From Tricharina praecox (lineage: Eukaryota): 64,000 nucleotides of DNA. The stretch's first letter is position 1. Each line of letters opens with the position of its first letter. The position numbers and the translations under genes were made by a program. Below, piece by piece: positions 12,880 to 26,769 of the stretch. Below the pieces are notes generated by a model that did not search any database, was not told the origin of the DNA, and worked only from the letters and a program-made list of their open reading frames with translations. The DNA is taken from contig NW_026250406.1 in the NCBI RefSeq assembly GCF_024521635.1, positions 496,001 to 560,000 of the forward strand, written 5' to 3'.

Positions 12880-13700
12880 GAGATGCGGCTGGTATTGACG
12901 AGGAGTCGCACCGTCTCGGACCAGCCAAGGCGGCTCGATCAACGTCTCAACCAACCGCATCCCGTTCCTCTGCAGCCCGAAGGCCTAGCATTCTGTGCGG
13001 CTGTGCACGGCCGCACAGTACATGAGAAGCAGCCTTGCTGCTTTCCCAATTCCTGTGGAGCTCCACACGTGCGGCCGTGCACAGCTGCCCGCATAGGAGA
13101 GCGAGGCAGCATCTGCTGCATTCGCAAATGGGTGAGGAGGGGGAGGGAGATACACTCCGGGCGGCCGTGCATGGCCGCAGAGGAAGGCAGCAATTGCTAC
13201 ATTTCCTAGAAGAGTAGGAGGAAAGTACACTAGTACTAGTTACCTTGCCCAGCGTTACTCTTCGGAGGCGGCGCCTGTTCAGGCCATTGGCCAAACCGCT
13301 TCTCGATCTCCGGTCCACGCGGCGTTCCAGTAACGCGGACGCCCCACAGCATACGACAGGCCTTCTTGATCTCTGGATCCTTGACATCGGCATGGTGAGT
13401 GAGAATATGCCTCTGCAAAGTCGTATGCTTGGTGTAGGACAATCCGCTTCTGGAACTGCCGGGGACCGGGCAGCGGTTTGCAACCATGACTTCCTCCTCC
13501 TCCTGGTTGTCTTCTTGAATTCTGCTACCAGCCACTTCGTTGGCTTCTTCGCCGCGCGCTGTGGAGTGTGGTTGGTCTTGACGAGGAATCGAACGGTCTC
13601 GAACCAGCCGAGGTCGCTCGTTCAACGTCTCAACCAACCACACCCCGTTCCGTGTTCTGTACCGGCTCCCGCGAGGGAAATACCGGTAGTTGCCGAGCAC
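12880..13700 (-). pseudogene. Decayed region with ankyrin-like repeats and a degenerate C2H2-like finger
   Basis: AAMHGRPECISL, AAVHGR, AAVHSRTEC, LGWSETVRLLV and LGWFETVRFLV lie in shifting frames. CPVPGSSRSGLSYTKHTTLQRHILTHH at ~13389-13472. An ~85-bp direct repeat occurs at 12882-12968 and 13566-13650. Confidence 0.35.
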
Positions 13701-13867
13701 CCGAAGGTGCTCGCAAGGTGGAAGGGGACCGGGGTCAATGTCCGCTGCCAGGTGAAGACAGCGCGGAGCCGAGCACCCAAAGGTGCCGGGCTTTGTGAAG
13801 CCAGTCCGCTTCCTGTACCGGCTCCCGCGAGGGAAATACCGGTAGTCGCCGAGTATTTGAAGGTGCT
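13657..13867. repeat. ~55-bp direct repeat pair (13657-13711, 13813-13867)
   Basis: CTGTACCGGCTCCCGCGAGGGAAATACCGGTAGT occurs twice. Confidence 0.85.
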
Positions 13868-14615
13868 GGGGAGGAGGCTCGCCGAACCTAAGAGAACTTA
13901 GCGTTTGCCATCATACGAAGGCCGTTTAACTGAAGATTGGCAACTTCCGCCGGTTGATCGTTCTCCATGGCGTTGAAGAGCGATGTGGAAGCCTCGCGGT
14001 GTCACGCAAATAATAGAGAGGGCTTACCAGTGACCCATCCGGCCATCATTATCGTCTTGATATCCTCCTTAATCACACATTGTTCCCCGAAAGTTGGCCT
14101 TGACCTCAACCTGGGACAGGATGTTAGGAGCTGGCTGGATGGATGGATCGGAAGGGGACTTGCCTCGTCGTCAGAATGAGCGGCTGGAGAGACAGGAGCT
14201 GAAGCCGGTGCAGCCTTGCGGGCTGACCTGCAGGGGCGAAAATGTGCGTCGGCCGGCCCTCCCAGTTCGTTCGATCAGACCGGCTGGTGACAGCAATCGC
14301 TTGTATCAAACCTCATTGTCAGCACCGTATACGAAAAGTGAGTCGTAGAGGGGGAATTTCCAGCGCTGAGTGGGGTATTTATCCATACCTAGTCACCGTC
14401 TAACCAAAGGTTTCTGTAGAAAGGCATGGTGGTTGTGAGTCACTCACAGCCGCCACTCTTACTCACTGTAAGTGAGAGAAATGACGATGCTACAAGAGCA
14501 TGTTAAAAGATTGGATTTGGGTGGAGGGGAGAAGGAAGGGAGAGGGAATTTGTTGGAGGATGGGAGAGAGAGGGAAAGGGAGGAATTTGAAGGAAGAAAG
14601 GCGAAGGTTCGCGCC

Positions 14616-14741
14616 AAGAAGGTTGAGCTGGTGGCCCCACTAACTAGACCGACCGTCAAACGACGCGATTGCTTTCCGAAGAAGCTTGAGCTGGTGGCCC
14701 CACCAACTGGACCGACCGTAAAACGACGCGGTTGCTTTCCC
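14616..14741. repeat. 63-bp tandem duplication
   Basis: AAGAAG(G/C)TTGAGCTGGTGGCCCCAC...GCTTTCC starts at 14616 and 14679. Confidence 0.85.
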
Positions 14742-17594
14742 AAGACGGTTTGCTAGAAAACACGATACTACCAACCATCTAGATGGTGGGCTGGCTGATA
14801 TTCTAATCTGTAAAAACTCAGCTTGCAAGGGGAATAAAGGGAGCAGGAGAAGAATCAAACATAAGTGCTTTGTGCAAAGGGCCTAGCACTCAAGAATATT
14901 CGCCGCTTTTGACGTGACGGAAACCTTCGAGTGGTAAAGATTATGTTGTCTCTCACTCGAAATTGAAAGATAATTTCTCGCATCCAGATCAACTCTGCAA
15001 GCACATCCGAAACACGGCGCGAAATTGATTGTCCCCGCCTCCCAAAACCACCCTGTCACCAGTCACACCAACACCACCATTACAACATAAAATCGCACGC
15101 CAACCCAAAAGATGCCGCCCATCTTCACCTCTTCAAACAAGACTTATTTCCCCTGTCAGGTTCTTACCTCAAGGGTCCATGGACACATCCGCACTGCGAT
15201 AGTGTTGCCCTGGATCTTTGTAGGTCCCGACCCGAGTCCGCCTCAACCTCCGCCTCCACCTCCGCCTTCACCTCCACCTCCACCTCCACCTCCGCCGGCT
15301 CCGATGCCGGCTCCGATGCCGGACTTCGAGTTCCCGAAGTTTATCCGTCCTCCCTAGTAGAATCGCAAGGCCATCCACGAGCTTCATGAATATCCGACGA
15401 CCATCGAAGACTCCAAGACCAAGAAGATGAGCTCTTAGGTGAGCTCGAAGAAAACCGACGTGAAAGGAGAGAGTGGAGGACAACTTGGCTCGCATTCTAC
15501 AGTTTCCGGATAGGTAGTCAAGAATCTGGTTGGTTCATGTTGCCTTGTACTGACTGACGTGGCAGGTGGAGCGGCTGGAATCATCAGAATCTTCTTCGTC
15601 TACTTTGTAGGTTTTTTTTCTCCTTCAAGAATATTTCAAGCCTATGGCAGTCTGCTCGCTTCTCATATTCTATGCTCTGTATCAATTATTCTTTCGGACT
15701 CTTCATTTTAGGCCACAGAGCTGTTAATGGAAACTATGCAGTTTCCCCCTTTCTGGTAGATTCGTTCGAAGTCTCTTACCTTCAGGTACCTACATAAACA
15801 TCGAGACTCTCCACCGGCACCGCAGCAATGAGGCAATGTCAATGACTCCTATACGATTCTTCCGTCGCGTAAAGAACCGGTTCATATCGGCTGCTTCCTG
15901 ACTCTTCCCCGCGTAGTAGGAGTGGGCTACACAGTCACCGGATCTCAGCACCCTCGTCCTTGCTTGCCGTGCTCATTGAGCAGCTGTTTCTCACGCAGTG
16001 GGCAACTCACACATGTTCGCCTTGAAGGTTCAAGTGAATTTCACGTCCATACGTATCGCTGATACCCGGAATCATTCCCTGCTAACTTTCGTTTTCAGGA
16101 GCGCAAAGATCTCGGTGCCTAGGACGGCACCCATAGCACATTCACTATCTATGACTCGTACCAAAACTAATACTCGTTCGATCGTCTACCCCTCGCGGAT
16201 CTGAAGTCATCTGTTTTTGTACGGAGCTTCCTCATCCAGCTCTCTATCGGATGATTGAGTTTTTGGGTGCGAACGGAGAGGCATCTGTATCGCGGCGACT
16301 GCTGTCGATTAAAATCCGCTGTATTGGAGGCGCCACTACCGGGATAACCGCTCCCTTTTCTGCAAACTTCGATGGTGGACAACTTGACCGATTACCGCAT
16401 GTGGAGGAGAGAGCGCCCTGCTCCAGTGCAGTGGCAGTCATACTTGATACAGGGTCTGATAATCGGCTGTTCAGCCAGATTAGAGACGGCTCACGACTAC
16501 CTCGAGACCTAGGTACGGATGCCATAGGTGACTCGTGAGAGGCCGGTCATGCTAGGTATAGACGATGGATACGTCGAGTAATGTCGTGCTGGATGCCCAC
16601 GAGAAGATATGCTTCAAGATGCCATTTAGAAGTCAGTGTGCGGTGATCATATGTCCACTCTTCGCGGTGGTACGGACGGTTGAGATTTGAGACATTTGGA
16701 TAAAGTGGATGGATTGAGAGGCAGAAAATGGAAGAGCCGGGCTAATGGGTTTGCTCTCGCAGCATAATCTGTTGCCTTTACCTTATCAACGGCTGACAAC
16801 TGCTCAGGCAACAATATCCAACACGGGAGCTCCCTAGACACCACGGTCCACATGGAATCGCAGCATCGCATGTCTCGAATCACTAGTGCAAATCAATCAC
16901 GAAACGCTATGTAACAGGAGGTAAGCAACCCTCCTACTTAATCGCCTGTTTTCCACATTCCTCATCCTAATCGGCCAAAACGATGTGTTGACGCAAACCA
17001 GCTAACGGCCAGTAGGAAGACAAATTCCGTGTTGCAGAGACTATTTTCTGCACGATTAAGGCGATCGATCATCGCGGCATGAGGAGCCATAACCGTTCGA
17101 CAAGTAACATGAGGCTGGGAGTTGCAGCTGCTTGGGGCGTCCTCCGCTGATATGAGCGTCGAATTGCCGATTTACGTATTGCTACGTCATCCGGAATGAA
17201 AGAGATATTGGGTAGGCCGGTGGTCTGTTTCGGAATTCTGAGCTCGAAGTGAAGTGATGGGGAGAACTGGAGGGACGAATGTTGGTATGATCGACTTTCC
17301 GAGATTGTGCGGGCGGTGGAACTGATGGTGATACTAGACGTACGAAACCGCCACTTTCGCGAGGGCTCTTTGCCAATGACTCTCCAGGCCTGACGAGAAA
17401 GGAAGCGGACAAAGATGAGAGAGAGGAGAGAGAGGAGATGGGGATTGGCCATCTATTCTATAGATGATTATCAAGAAAGAAGAAGAAGGAAAAAACTCCG
17501 CCATGCTCGCCAACGTTGAATCACACCAAAGTTGATGACCACTGCTAACCACATTCGGTTTCTCCCGCCGACAGGAATCATCCTTCACTTGCTC

Positions 17595-17740
17595 CTCACC
17601 ACCGACAGCTCGTCCTCTTCACCCAAAGCTCGTCGTCTTCACCGATAGCTCGTCGTCTCCACCGACAGCTCGTCGTCTTCACTCGACCGAAAGCTCGTCG
17701 TTTTCACTCCACCGAAAGTTTCTCTTCTCCACCGAAAATT
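17595..17740. repeat. ~21-bp minisatellite (CACCGACAGCTCGTCGTCTT)
   Basis: About five recognisable copies plus decayed ones. Confidence 0.8.
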
Positions 17741-18520
17741 TCACCATCGCTCCGCCATACCACGACCGTCACTGCTCCTCAATAAAAAGATTCTGAATCT
17801 GCGAATAGCGAGCTACAAGAGGTTCATCGATGGCTTACCAGTCGGCTTGGTTTTGGGTTCTTATGGATGATTTGAGGTATGACAGGGCTCTGACTCTCAG
17901 GATAGTATCAGGTATCTAATCGCGAATAACAGTCTTCAGGTCGTTTCAGATACTCGAAGTTCTTATCGCCTCCCTCCTCCACGAAGCCTACGAAGACACG
18001 AACGTACATATTCTGGCAGGGTCTGCGCATTAAGCGGAGTTTATTCACCTTGATGTGCGGAAGTAAGGTACGAGCTATCTCGACTACAATCTTCACAGAC
18101 GTCTAAATCCACACAACCTCCAGGAAGCGTCCGAGTCCCGACGCGGCAACGAACCTTGCTGGAACGGACGCAAGCTTCGGACCGGCCATGAGTGGGTGGA
18201 TCAAATCCTGTTATAATTGTGCTCATCCTGATACGTGCAGTGAGATTGCGGGATCTCTTGAGGGCCGCGAGCTTGCGAAACCCGAGCGTGGATTCGGGTT
18301 GCCGTTATCACTGAGAAGAGGACCGGGATGCCTGTTTATCCGTTGAGAGTTCAACGGGCGAATCCATCATTACGTGATCAAGGACACGGCTTACTCATTC
18401 TCGGCAACTACTCGGAGCCCAAGGCCGTATTAGCCGAGCCGAGAACATGACGGCATCTTGTTCCTATTTCCCTTCCTGCTCCCTCTCCCCACTGACACGC
18501 TCACCATTGACAGAACCACG

Positions 18521-19444
18521 ATGCTCCGTCCACTCCCCCGCCTTCTCCGGCCGCGCCTTCTCGCCCCCCTCCGCACGTATGCCTCCAAATCCAAACCCTC
18601 ATCTCCGGCGGGCGCTCCGGACAACAACCCCGCAAGCTTCGCCACCGAGAAGTATCCACCAAACACCAACGCCTACCGCGAATCCCAACTGAAGAAACCT
18701 CTTAACCCGGGACTTTCTCCATCCACGCCCGCATCCTCCTCCGTAGGCGTACACAATGCGCCTCCCGAGCTCATCAGCTCAGCAGCTACACATCCCGGAC
18801 TCGGCGGCTCCTTCGGCGACACCGAGCAAGAGCTCGACGTCGGCGAGATCCTCTCAGGTCAATTCCGCGTCGAGCCGCTCCGACGCGTCGGCGAGGACCT
18901 GAAGACTATGCGTGCGCGCCTCCTCTACCAGTCGCGCAAGCGCGGGATTCTCGAGACGGACCTTCTGCTGAGCACATTTGCGCATGAGAATCTTGAAAAG
19001 ATGGACAGGGAGATGTTGGATCAGTATGATCGCTTCTTGGACGAGAATGATTGGGATATATACTATTGGACTACTCAGCAGGCCCCACCCACGAGTGTGG
19101 AGTATGCGGAAGGCGGAAGCTCGCCCCCGGGAGGCGGCGCGGATACGGGTATGACGGGCGCAGGACCACAGGATGCGAAGCCTACTGTTGCAGAAGAGAG
19201 GAGTGGGGAGGCGGGCGCGAAGGAGCAGAAGAAGGAAGGCGGTGTTACAGAGTTTGGCGGGCAGGCGCCGGGTGAGTGGGCCCAAACGATTGGGAGGAAT
19301 AGGGAGCCGTACAGGCCGCCGCCGAGGCGATGGAGAGATAGTGAGATCCTGAAGATGATTAAGAATCATGTGGAGGTCCGGAAGAGCAGGGATGCGACGA
19401 AGGAGGACATTGGCGGACTGGGGCGGATGCCAGACTTCAAATAA
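18521..19444 (+). CDS. SDH5: Succinate dehydrogenase assembly factor 2 (flavinylation factor), mitochondrial, intronless, 307 aa
   Basis: Arg/Leu-rich presequence [22 protein letters not shown] and the signature [24 protein letters not shown]...[15 protein letters not shown]. Confidence 0.95.
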   Translation: MLRPLPRLLRPRLLAPLRTYASKSKPSSPAGAPDNNPASFATEKYPPNTNAYRESQLKKPLNPGLSPSTPASSSVGVHNAPPELISSAATHPGLGGSFGDTEQELDVGEILSGQFRVEPLRRVGEDLKTMRARLLYQSRKRGILETDLLLSTFAHENLEKMDREMLDQYDRFLDENDWDIYYWTTQQAPPTSVEYAEGGSSPPGGGADTGMTGAGPQDAKPTVAEERSGEAGAKEQKKEGGVTEFGGQAPGEWAQTIGRNREPYRPPPRRWRDSEILKMIKNHVEVRKSRDATKEDIGGLGRMPDFK

Positions 19445-20592
19445 ACGTGGTATCTGGCTGTAAAACACTGTACATTAGGAAATGAACGAGCGCGAAGTTT
19501 TTTATGTCCCCAAACACGTATTTGAGAAGTCTCAGTATTCGCCGTCCAAAAGAAAGCTGCCTCCGCCATACCAAAGACACAAACTCTAGCGAGGGACATG
19601 GAAAGTTCTTTACGCGATGGTGGGCGTCACCCCATGCAAGGATGCTACTTAAGCATGGGTTCTCGAAGCGAGTCTATTTCGTCGGTTCGGCGGGCGGTAA
19701 GCTAGGGATTTCGCGTGATCCCGGCCGGATCAGCGTCAATGCGGCAGGAAGAACCTAGGCTCAGTAGAAGCAGCCTCCCCCTGCTTTGGTGGATCTCCAT
19801 CATCATGGACTGTTAAGCTCTTTGCTGGGAATCTACATACCAGCTCTTTTTTGGTAGCGTCTTTTAACTCCTGAGGGAGAAAGGCATGTGTTCGCAGGTT
19901 CGATTTGGCAGGAAGTGCGGGTGCAGGTGTGTCGATTCGGGGTAATACCTAGCATATAGTTTAGGAACAGGAAGAGATTTCAAATTATTTATTTACTCCT
20001 CGGTGATTGCTGACCCAGATATTTGGGTGGAAATAGGTACCGACGTTTCTAATGTAGACTATGAAGTGCTGTCACCTTTGCAACATGTTACAGCACTCTC
20101 CAACGGCTGTAAGCAGACTTTACTTTACTGTCAGACGCACCCGGACGATCGATCGCTGTTGGTTCAGCTGCCCTTTTGGTCGCACCGTGTGATCGCCTGT
20201 GGTCACTGGTGCAATGGGCAAAATTTGGTTCGAGAAAACATGTGCATCACTGCTGTCCTGAGTCGCTTGCTACTTTAGAAACATGTAGATAGCTCTCACT
20301 TGGGCTCCCTGTTCCCGAGAATAAACGCACACCAATATACGTACTCCAAAGGCTACATAGGTATCGTATCCCGAGAACGGTCACATTGGAAAGGATGAAG
20401 AATCAAAATGGAGAAGTTATCATTCTATTCAACCTCGGAGTGTCAAAGCCGGTGTGCACGCCGCCAGAAGAAAACAACAGGCACCCCCAAGCCAGCGAAA
20501 GAACAGAACGAAAGAAAAGTATCCAAAGCACCAGATGAACTTGCAGATGAACTTAAAAAGCTCATGATCCAGGAAGTTCCATCTTTCGACAC

Positions 20593-21454
20593 CTACAACT
20601 CACCGAAGAGGTCTGGATGATTGAGGTAGCCGTTCCAGGCAGCCCAGGCCAGCGTTGTGATGGTTCCAACCGATCCGAAGATGGTGACGATGACCAACGT
20701 GAGGATCGTCGTGGCGATATTGATCCACGAGATCTTCAAGTTGGCTGCGCTGCGATTTGGGATTGGCATGCTCAACTCCTGCTGGAGACCGCCTCCGTCA
20801 CCGAGGAAATTGCGGTTGTATGGTAGTTGGTCAGGACGAACGTTCGAGACGAACTGGCCATCGACGTTACCTAGGTGGGTTGGTCAGTTGAAGTCTTCAA
20901 CCATCGGGGGAAGTGGGGTTATGTACCAGTGTCATATTCAAACGCGTACAAGAGGCCCTGAGGGCACAGCTTGACAGCGCAACCGAGATACCTTGAGCCC
21001 CTCCAGACGACAAGAGTGAAATGACCGATCTTCCTCTAAATAAGTTATTCAGTAAGCATAAAGACGAAGGGGAAAATGGTAGGTAAAGCAGGGAGGGAAG
21101 GGGACTAACATTCCAATGACCGGTGGCAAAGTTGTAGTGTTTCCTCGCGGCGTATATCGAGTTGATGGCCGCGGTAACGTTGTCGTAGCCGATCGAAACG
21201 CTCGCGCTGTGCGCAGCTTTCTCGTAGCCAGTAGGGACCACCATGTCTGGGCATTCCCTAGCAAGCTCATCAGCTTTTGCTGCCAGCTGATCGTTCCACT
21301 CGAGGGCACCAGCGCCATGAATCTCGCGGTACTTGTTATGCGCAGAGACGCACTCGTTGCGAAAATCGTTGGTTGAGTTTCTGGCTCCAGCAATACCCAG
21401 CAAGGCCAGGGCAGCCAAGATGTAAAATAGGACGAACTTCTGGTGGATGTTCAT
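20593..21454 (-). CDS. CAP/SCP (PR-1/Pry-like) secreted protein with C-terminal hydrophobic helix; exons 21454-21110, 21035-20927, 20870-20593; ~243 aa
   Basis: Signal peptide, AHNKYREIHGAGALEW, GHFTLVVWRGSRYLGCA, GNVDGQFVSNV. Two GT-AG introns keep the frame open. A further 3' exon is possible (GTGAGT just before the stop). Confidence 0.88.
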
Positions 21455-22444
21455 TGTGTCGTCGGTGCGGGAAGGTTGTGTAAGGAACAATGAGTGATGG
21501 GCGGGATATGGAGGATGTGGTGAAGGACGATGCGGAAGAGACGGGGAAGGGGGTGGAGGGGGTGAGGAAGGAGGTGAAGTAAGTGAGGAAGGTAGAGGTT
21601 TTGCGTGTGTTCACAGTTGCTCAACGTAAGCGTCGGGACCTAGTTATGAGAGTAAGGGCTACTTTTACTTCAGCCAGGTACCCTAATCAGATAGAAAAGC
21701 CGGCAGCAAGAAGATAATTCAAAAGCTCGGCATCCCGTTTTTCCCAGTGGCCACTAATAGCATCGGTGACCAGCCACTGAGCACCAAAACCTACACACTT
21801 ACCTACTTTGAAACGCATATTGAACTCCCTCTGACAAGCGGAGCACAACGGCTGGCTTATTCTTGACTCGAGATTGCTATTGCTTGTTGCGTCTCTGTAC
21901 TTCCGCCACAGAGATGATGGCAACTTACCAGCATTGCCACGAGCCCCAGATGAGCCGGAGGACCCACTCAAGAACTGGTCCTCCCAGCTACTGTTTGTCT
22001 GGTGATTTTGTTTGTTGTTTAATCAGTAATTACATACCGTCTATCGAGATCATGGCAATATCACCCCGTTCCTGTTTATCTCGTGAGGGATTGTTGGTAG
22101 CGAAAACGCAAACACCAGGAGTGATTTTGGGTGAACGGCTGTGTGCACAAGGGGTCTGTACCACGGGAGAGTCGCGCCTAGAGTAGTACTTATCCTGCCA
22201 GGTGGTATAGAGTATTCTACCAAAGGAGATTGCGTATAATCCCCGGGCGAGATCGTAAAGCGCAGCGTGAGGCATTGGCGGAGGCCGTGATTTTCAGAGT
22301 TTCTCCGGACTCCAAAATTTGACCGTACCTTCTGCGCTGTGCGAGTTTAATAGATGGCATTGGCGGGAAGTTACTGCTAAGGTGATTGACGTGCGGAGAG
22401 GGAGAGAATATGAATTTAATCGGCTACAGGGTGAACGTGCCGGT

Positions 22445-22620
22445 AATCGAACAGAATCTGTCGCTTGTTGAGCACCGAACAACTATCTGTGATCGTGTGA
22501 TAGCCTCTCGCATGTAGAGAACCGAACGGCTATCTATGATCGTACAATTACTTCTCGGATGTTGATAACCGAACGAATATCCGTAATCGTACGATTAATT
22601 CATCGAACTTTGGATCGAAA
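22445..22620. repeat. 47-bp degenerate tandem repeat (ACCGAAC..TATC....ATCGT)
   Basis: Cores at 22474, 22521 and 22568; the intervening sequences are also similar to each other. Confidence 0.7.
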
Positions 22621-23259
22621 GTTGAATTGAGACGTACTCTCAGTAAACGAATCGAAGAACAAGCTGATAAATATATATGCAGGAAATCGAAGACGATGAC
22701 GACGGTATTACTGGAACCAAAAGGGAATTTCATGAACATTACCTACTCAGTGATCGAGCTCTTCAAATGGGATACATGCTCAGGCTCGCGATTGTTTCTG
22801 CTCTCTGAGGCAGGCTACAAAAGGGAACCTCAGTAGTATCCCTCCGTCCCAGGATGGTACGTGTTTTATTCTACGATCTCGTCCGGGAAAGAACAGAGGG
22901 TTGTGAAGTGAAATACATAGGTAGAAAATTTCGCAGTGAATACAGCATCTCCGGCCTCCGCCGCCTAAACAGACGGATCAACAGTAACAAAGCCTAGTTT
23001 TAACCTCCCCCGGATCTCCCAGCTCACCACCCCCAACCTTCCGATGGAGACATTCCATCACCTGCGCCTAGCATTCCATAGTTCCCCGGCGAGTCGAGCA
23101 TACGAGTATGGGCACTGCAGATGCACTTGTTGGCCGCCGTATGCGAGCTCGCGTCCTTTCATAGGTCTGAAATGTGAATGAAACCCTGATGACAGGTATT
23201 CAAGATGAACTTTTCCTCGGCCCCGCGTTCCCCGTAGAGAAAGACGAACTGGCCCATCC

Positions 23260-23451
23260 TGTCATAATATCACGAACTTCCGTGTGCCGCGTCATGCGAG
23301 ATCACTCTCTATGTCGAGAGACTTCCGTTATCCGTCCTCACGGGAAGTGGCGAGCGGACTCTATCCGAGGAACCCTCGCCTACCTCTATATATGCATTTA
23401 TTCCGGCTACGATACACTGTACACTACCTCAGAATGCCACTTTTCTTGACA
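23260..23451. mobile_element. Solo LTR, family 1 (copy 2, inverted relative to copy 1)
   Basis: TGTCAT...CTTTTCTTGACA with perfect TSD CATCC at 23255-23259 and 23452-23456. Confidence 0.9.
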
Positions 23452-24979
23452 CATCCCGTACCCGTACCTTCCGAGTGACAACGTATGCATCCACCTCACC
23501 TCCCCGCCAAGCAACAAATTCCATGGGCAGAAGCGATGAAGTAAATGAAGCGTAGACGCAGGGGATCTAGCTCCTAGGGGATGGATGGTTCTAGGCCGGG
23601 TATACCAGAACTTTCGAGAATACGGTGACTGGATAGGTACCGCTCAGCAGTCGGGGTAAGGGCTCAGTCACGCAGCATAAACCGCTGTACTTTCTTTCGA
23701 AGAGCAACATTCCAACCAACTAGATATACTTACGCAGAATCTACCAAACTAACTACACTATTGAGAAACAACTAACGAAGGAACCGGTTTGAATTGGATA
23801 ACTGGATAAATTGCAAAAACTATTAGCAGGTTCAGCAGCTTAACTGTCGACAACCCAACTCTCCCCCCTCCCCCCTCCGCCCTCCCCCGCCTGAATAAGA
23901 TCAGAAACAGTAAATCTCTAATAGAAATAAACAGAAGCCACCCCGAAACCAAGGAACAAGCAGCACGCAAGGTATTGTCATCTGTTCGTCTTTTCCCTCG
24001 CGCTCTCTTCTTTTCCCCTCCCTTTTCTCGTCGAGGCTAGAGTCATTGAAAAAGAAACATGTTACCGCTTTCCATAGCTCATCGCTCTGAAGCCTCAGCA
24101 GGCTTTCGATTTGCATTGCGCACCCAATTCGCATTTTTTGCACCACTGATGGTGCGCCCGCAATAGTCCAGTGGTTTGGTCGGCTTTTTGATACTCCGCA
24201 TCCTCTCGAGCGAGCTCCGAATAAGATATTCCGAATGTGACCGTCTCCATCAGTTCGCCAAGGGTCCAGGTGCGATTGAGCATCAAAGCAACTCGCAGAT
24301 GACCGCGAGTTGCATTGAGGCTTCTGTATTCGCCAGGACAGATGAAGGAGTCCATCGCCATATTAATTGCAGGGCAGGCCAAATATATGGCTGCGGTGCG
24401 GACGAGCGAGAGAAAGCGACGAATAAGGGGAATTGAGTCTTTGTAAATTCCCCAGGTAAGAGGTGACCAGATCACAAACTAAGTGTACATCTACTGTTAG
24501 CCAGTGAAACTTGAGTTTGGGTGGGGAAGCGGGTGCATACTTGAAGTGAATGGTGCCTCCGACCAAACCAACTCCACTGTTTTCAGTGAGACCTCCATTC
24601 GAGCCGCGAGGTAATTTGGTCAATGGCCAAGAAACCGAACCGCATCGTTCTGCTTCGCGGTCTGTAGCGGAAGTCAGTATCTAGCTCTCGGGCAGGCAGA
24701 GATAAAAAAAGATGGGAAGGAAAGATATCTAACTTACATGACGTATCCGAATAGTTCAGAGGGAAGATGAGGAAGGATAGGATGGAGAGAAGGGAGAGCA
24801 GGGAGAGGAAGGTCCACTGCATTCAATCATACGGGGTTGTTCGTCACTATTGCTCGAAGCCGAATGTTGAACGCAGAAAAGAACCGATTCACCGCATGCG
24901 GGCGTAGAGAGTAAGCTGAGTAATAGGAATATCGCACGGTGGCGTGATGTGGATGATGATGTTGTTGAGGGGAAGGAAA

Positions 24980-25087
24980 GGAAGGAGATGAAGGAGATGA
25001 AGGAGATGAAGGAGATGAAGGAGATGAAGGAGATGAAGGAGATGAAGGAGATGAAGGAGATGAAGGAGATGAAGGAGATGAAGGAGA
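24980..25087. repeat. Perfect (GAAGGAGAT)n 9-bp microsatellite, about 11-12 copies
   Basis: Directly visible; the paralogous site at ~29250-29308 has a shorter, imperfect GAAGGAGAG tract. Confidence 0.95.
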
Positions 25088-26769
25088 GGAGCAAGTGGTC
25101 GTGTGTGGGTCTTGTGGGGTCGGCAAAAGTGTAGTCACATTCTAGGTCTGGGGCATCCCGTCGCTACCGGGGTTGCACACTGTTCACGTGCCGCCTGATT
25201 TGATCATACGGGTTATGAGAAGCTCGGTGGCTACGGCGGGCTTTACGACTTTGGATGCATCGGCATGCTGGGACCTGATTCTATAGTTCTAGCATATTAC
25301 TATGCACGAATCGGAATTTGAAGCCCGGCTGCCTGCCGCCATATGACTACCCACCGATAAAATTAGGAGACGTAGCTTGTAAAAGGACCAGCAGTAGACA
25401 AAGGGTTTTTGTGTAATATAAATTACATGTTTTATTTTAAAGAACTTCTAAGTATAGAAAATATGATATAAAATTTTAAATACCACATCCCAAAATTTTC
25501 CACCGACTGCATGACCCATAGAACCAGAGCAAATCAGTACAGAAATGTCGGAGAACTATATCGCAGTAGCCCTCATCGAGTCTCGCCGTTATCCTCTGGA
25601 ATGTCTCCCACTCCGTCAGTCGCAACCTCCCCATTGACACCCATCCAGGACATTTCAATCGGCGACTCCTGGCCGCCGCCATCGAAATCCGATTTCCGAG
25701 AATTAAAATTTCCATCATTACTGAAGGGAATGAAGCTTGGAATATATAGGTAGGAAAACCAAGGCGATCCGATTGGGTTCGCTTGGGACGCTTGGCTCGG
25801 TGTAGCGGCAAGACCGGCTTCGAGGGGGTCGGGTCCGCAGCCGGTTATAACTCTTCGTGGTCGATGACTTGACTTGGACGACGGAGGTCTTGGGACTGGG
25901 GGAACGTCTCCTTCTTCCAGTTCACGTACTTGTCCAGCAGGGCGAGCAAAAGCTAGTTCCTCCACGCTGCAAGCTCAAACATGTTGTAAGGAGTGTTCTG
26001 AGTTTATCCAGAGTGGCCGATAGGTGTCCTCTGTGTTGTTGGTTCGAGGCGCGCACCACAGTGTGGCATAGCGTTCATCGGGTCTCAACCCGGCGGCATT
26101 TAACTTCGGAGAACCGAAACGGCAGTCGTCTTCAGACGTCGCGCCGGTAACGACCACTTGCTGCCTATAAATACAGGCAGCAAACCTATACAGATTAGAA
26201 TTGAAAAACATCTTGCTGTCCGGAATATTGACCCACATTATTGAGACAATGGAAGGTTGTTTGAGTTCCACCCAGTCGGTGGTAGCGTGTCCCCGCAGGC
26301 AGTGTTTCTTCCGTCACTCAAGAGAGGCGGACTTGGCTGAAACGTGTCATTGAATTAGAATACGGGAAATAAAAGGACAGGAGAGTCAAGTGCGGTGAGT
26401 GCTTACATGAAAGTTGCGGATGACTCCCTGTTGGAAGTCATTTCTCCTTTGCGTTCTTGACCACCATGTGATGAAAAGAAAATGCCCCCGAGGGCTGAAA
26501 GCGGGTGATGATGTAGATTGTTGTTGTGGGAAGTAGATGGGAGGATGAGAAAAAGAAGAAAGATGAAAAGAAGATGAGTGGAAAGTAGAAGGAAGGGTGG
26601 CCATCTTATAGGTAGAGCGGCGGCGAAAAAATAGGGTTTCAGTCACGTGACAGCTCCCCCTCCAGCCCACCCCTCCCTCACTAGTCACTAACGCAACAAA
26701 CAATTGAAGAGCACGGGAATAGAATTTGTTGTTTGTTTCTTCAACATTACCGCCCAGCCTATCTAGACT

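Noticed and set aside
18854..19468. 204-aa antisense ORF, and similarly 32459-33085 and 4063-4380
   Set aside because: Shadow frames of real GC-rich genes on the opposite strand.
22445..22620. 47-bp periodic repeat as a CRISPR-like array
   Set aside because: The intervening sequences resemble each other, the repeats are degenerate, the context is eukaryotic and no cas genes are present.
24756..25138. ORFs with ISF, SSP and EMK repeats
   Set aside because: Products of the 9-bp microsatellite, which is open in several frames.
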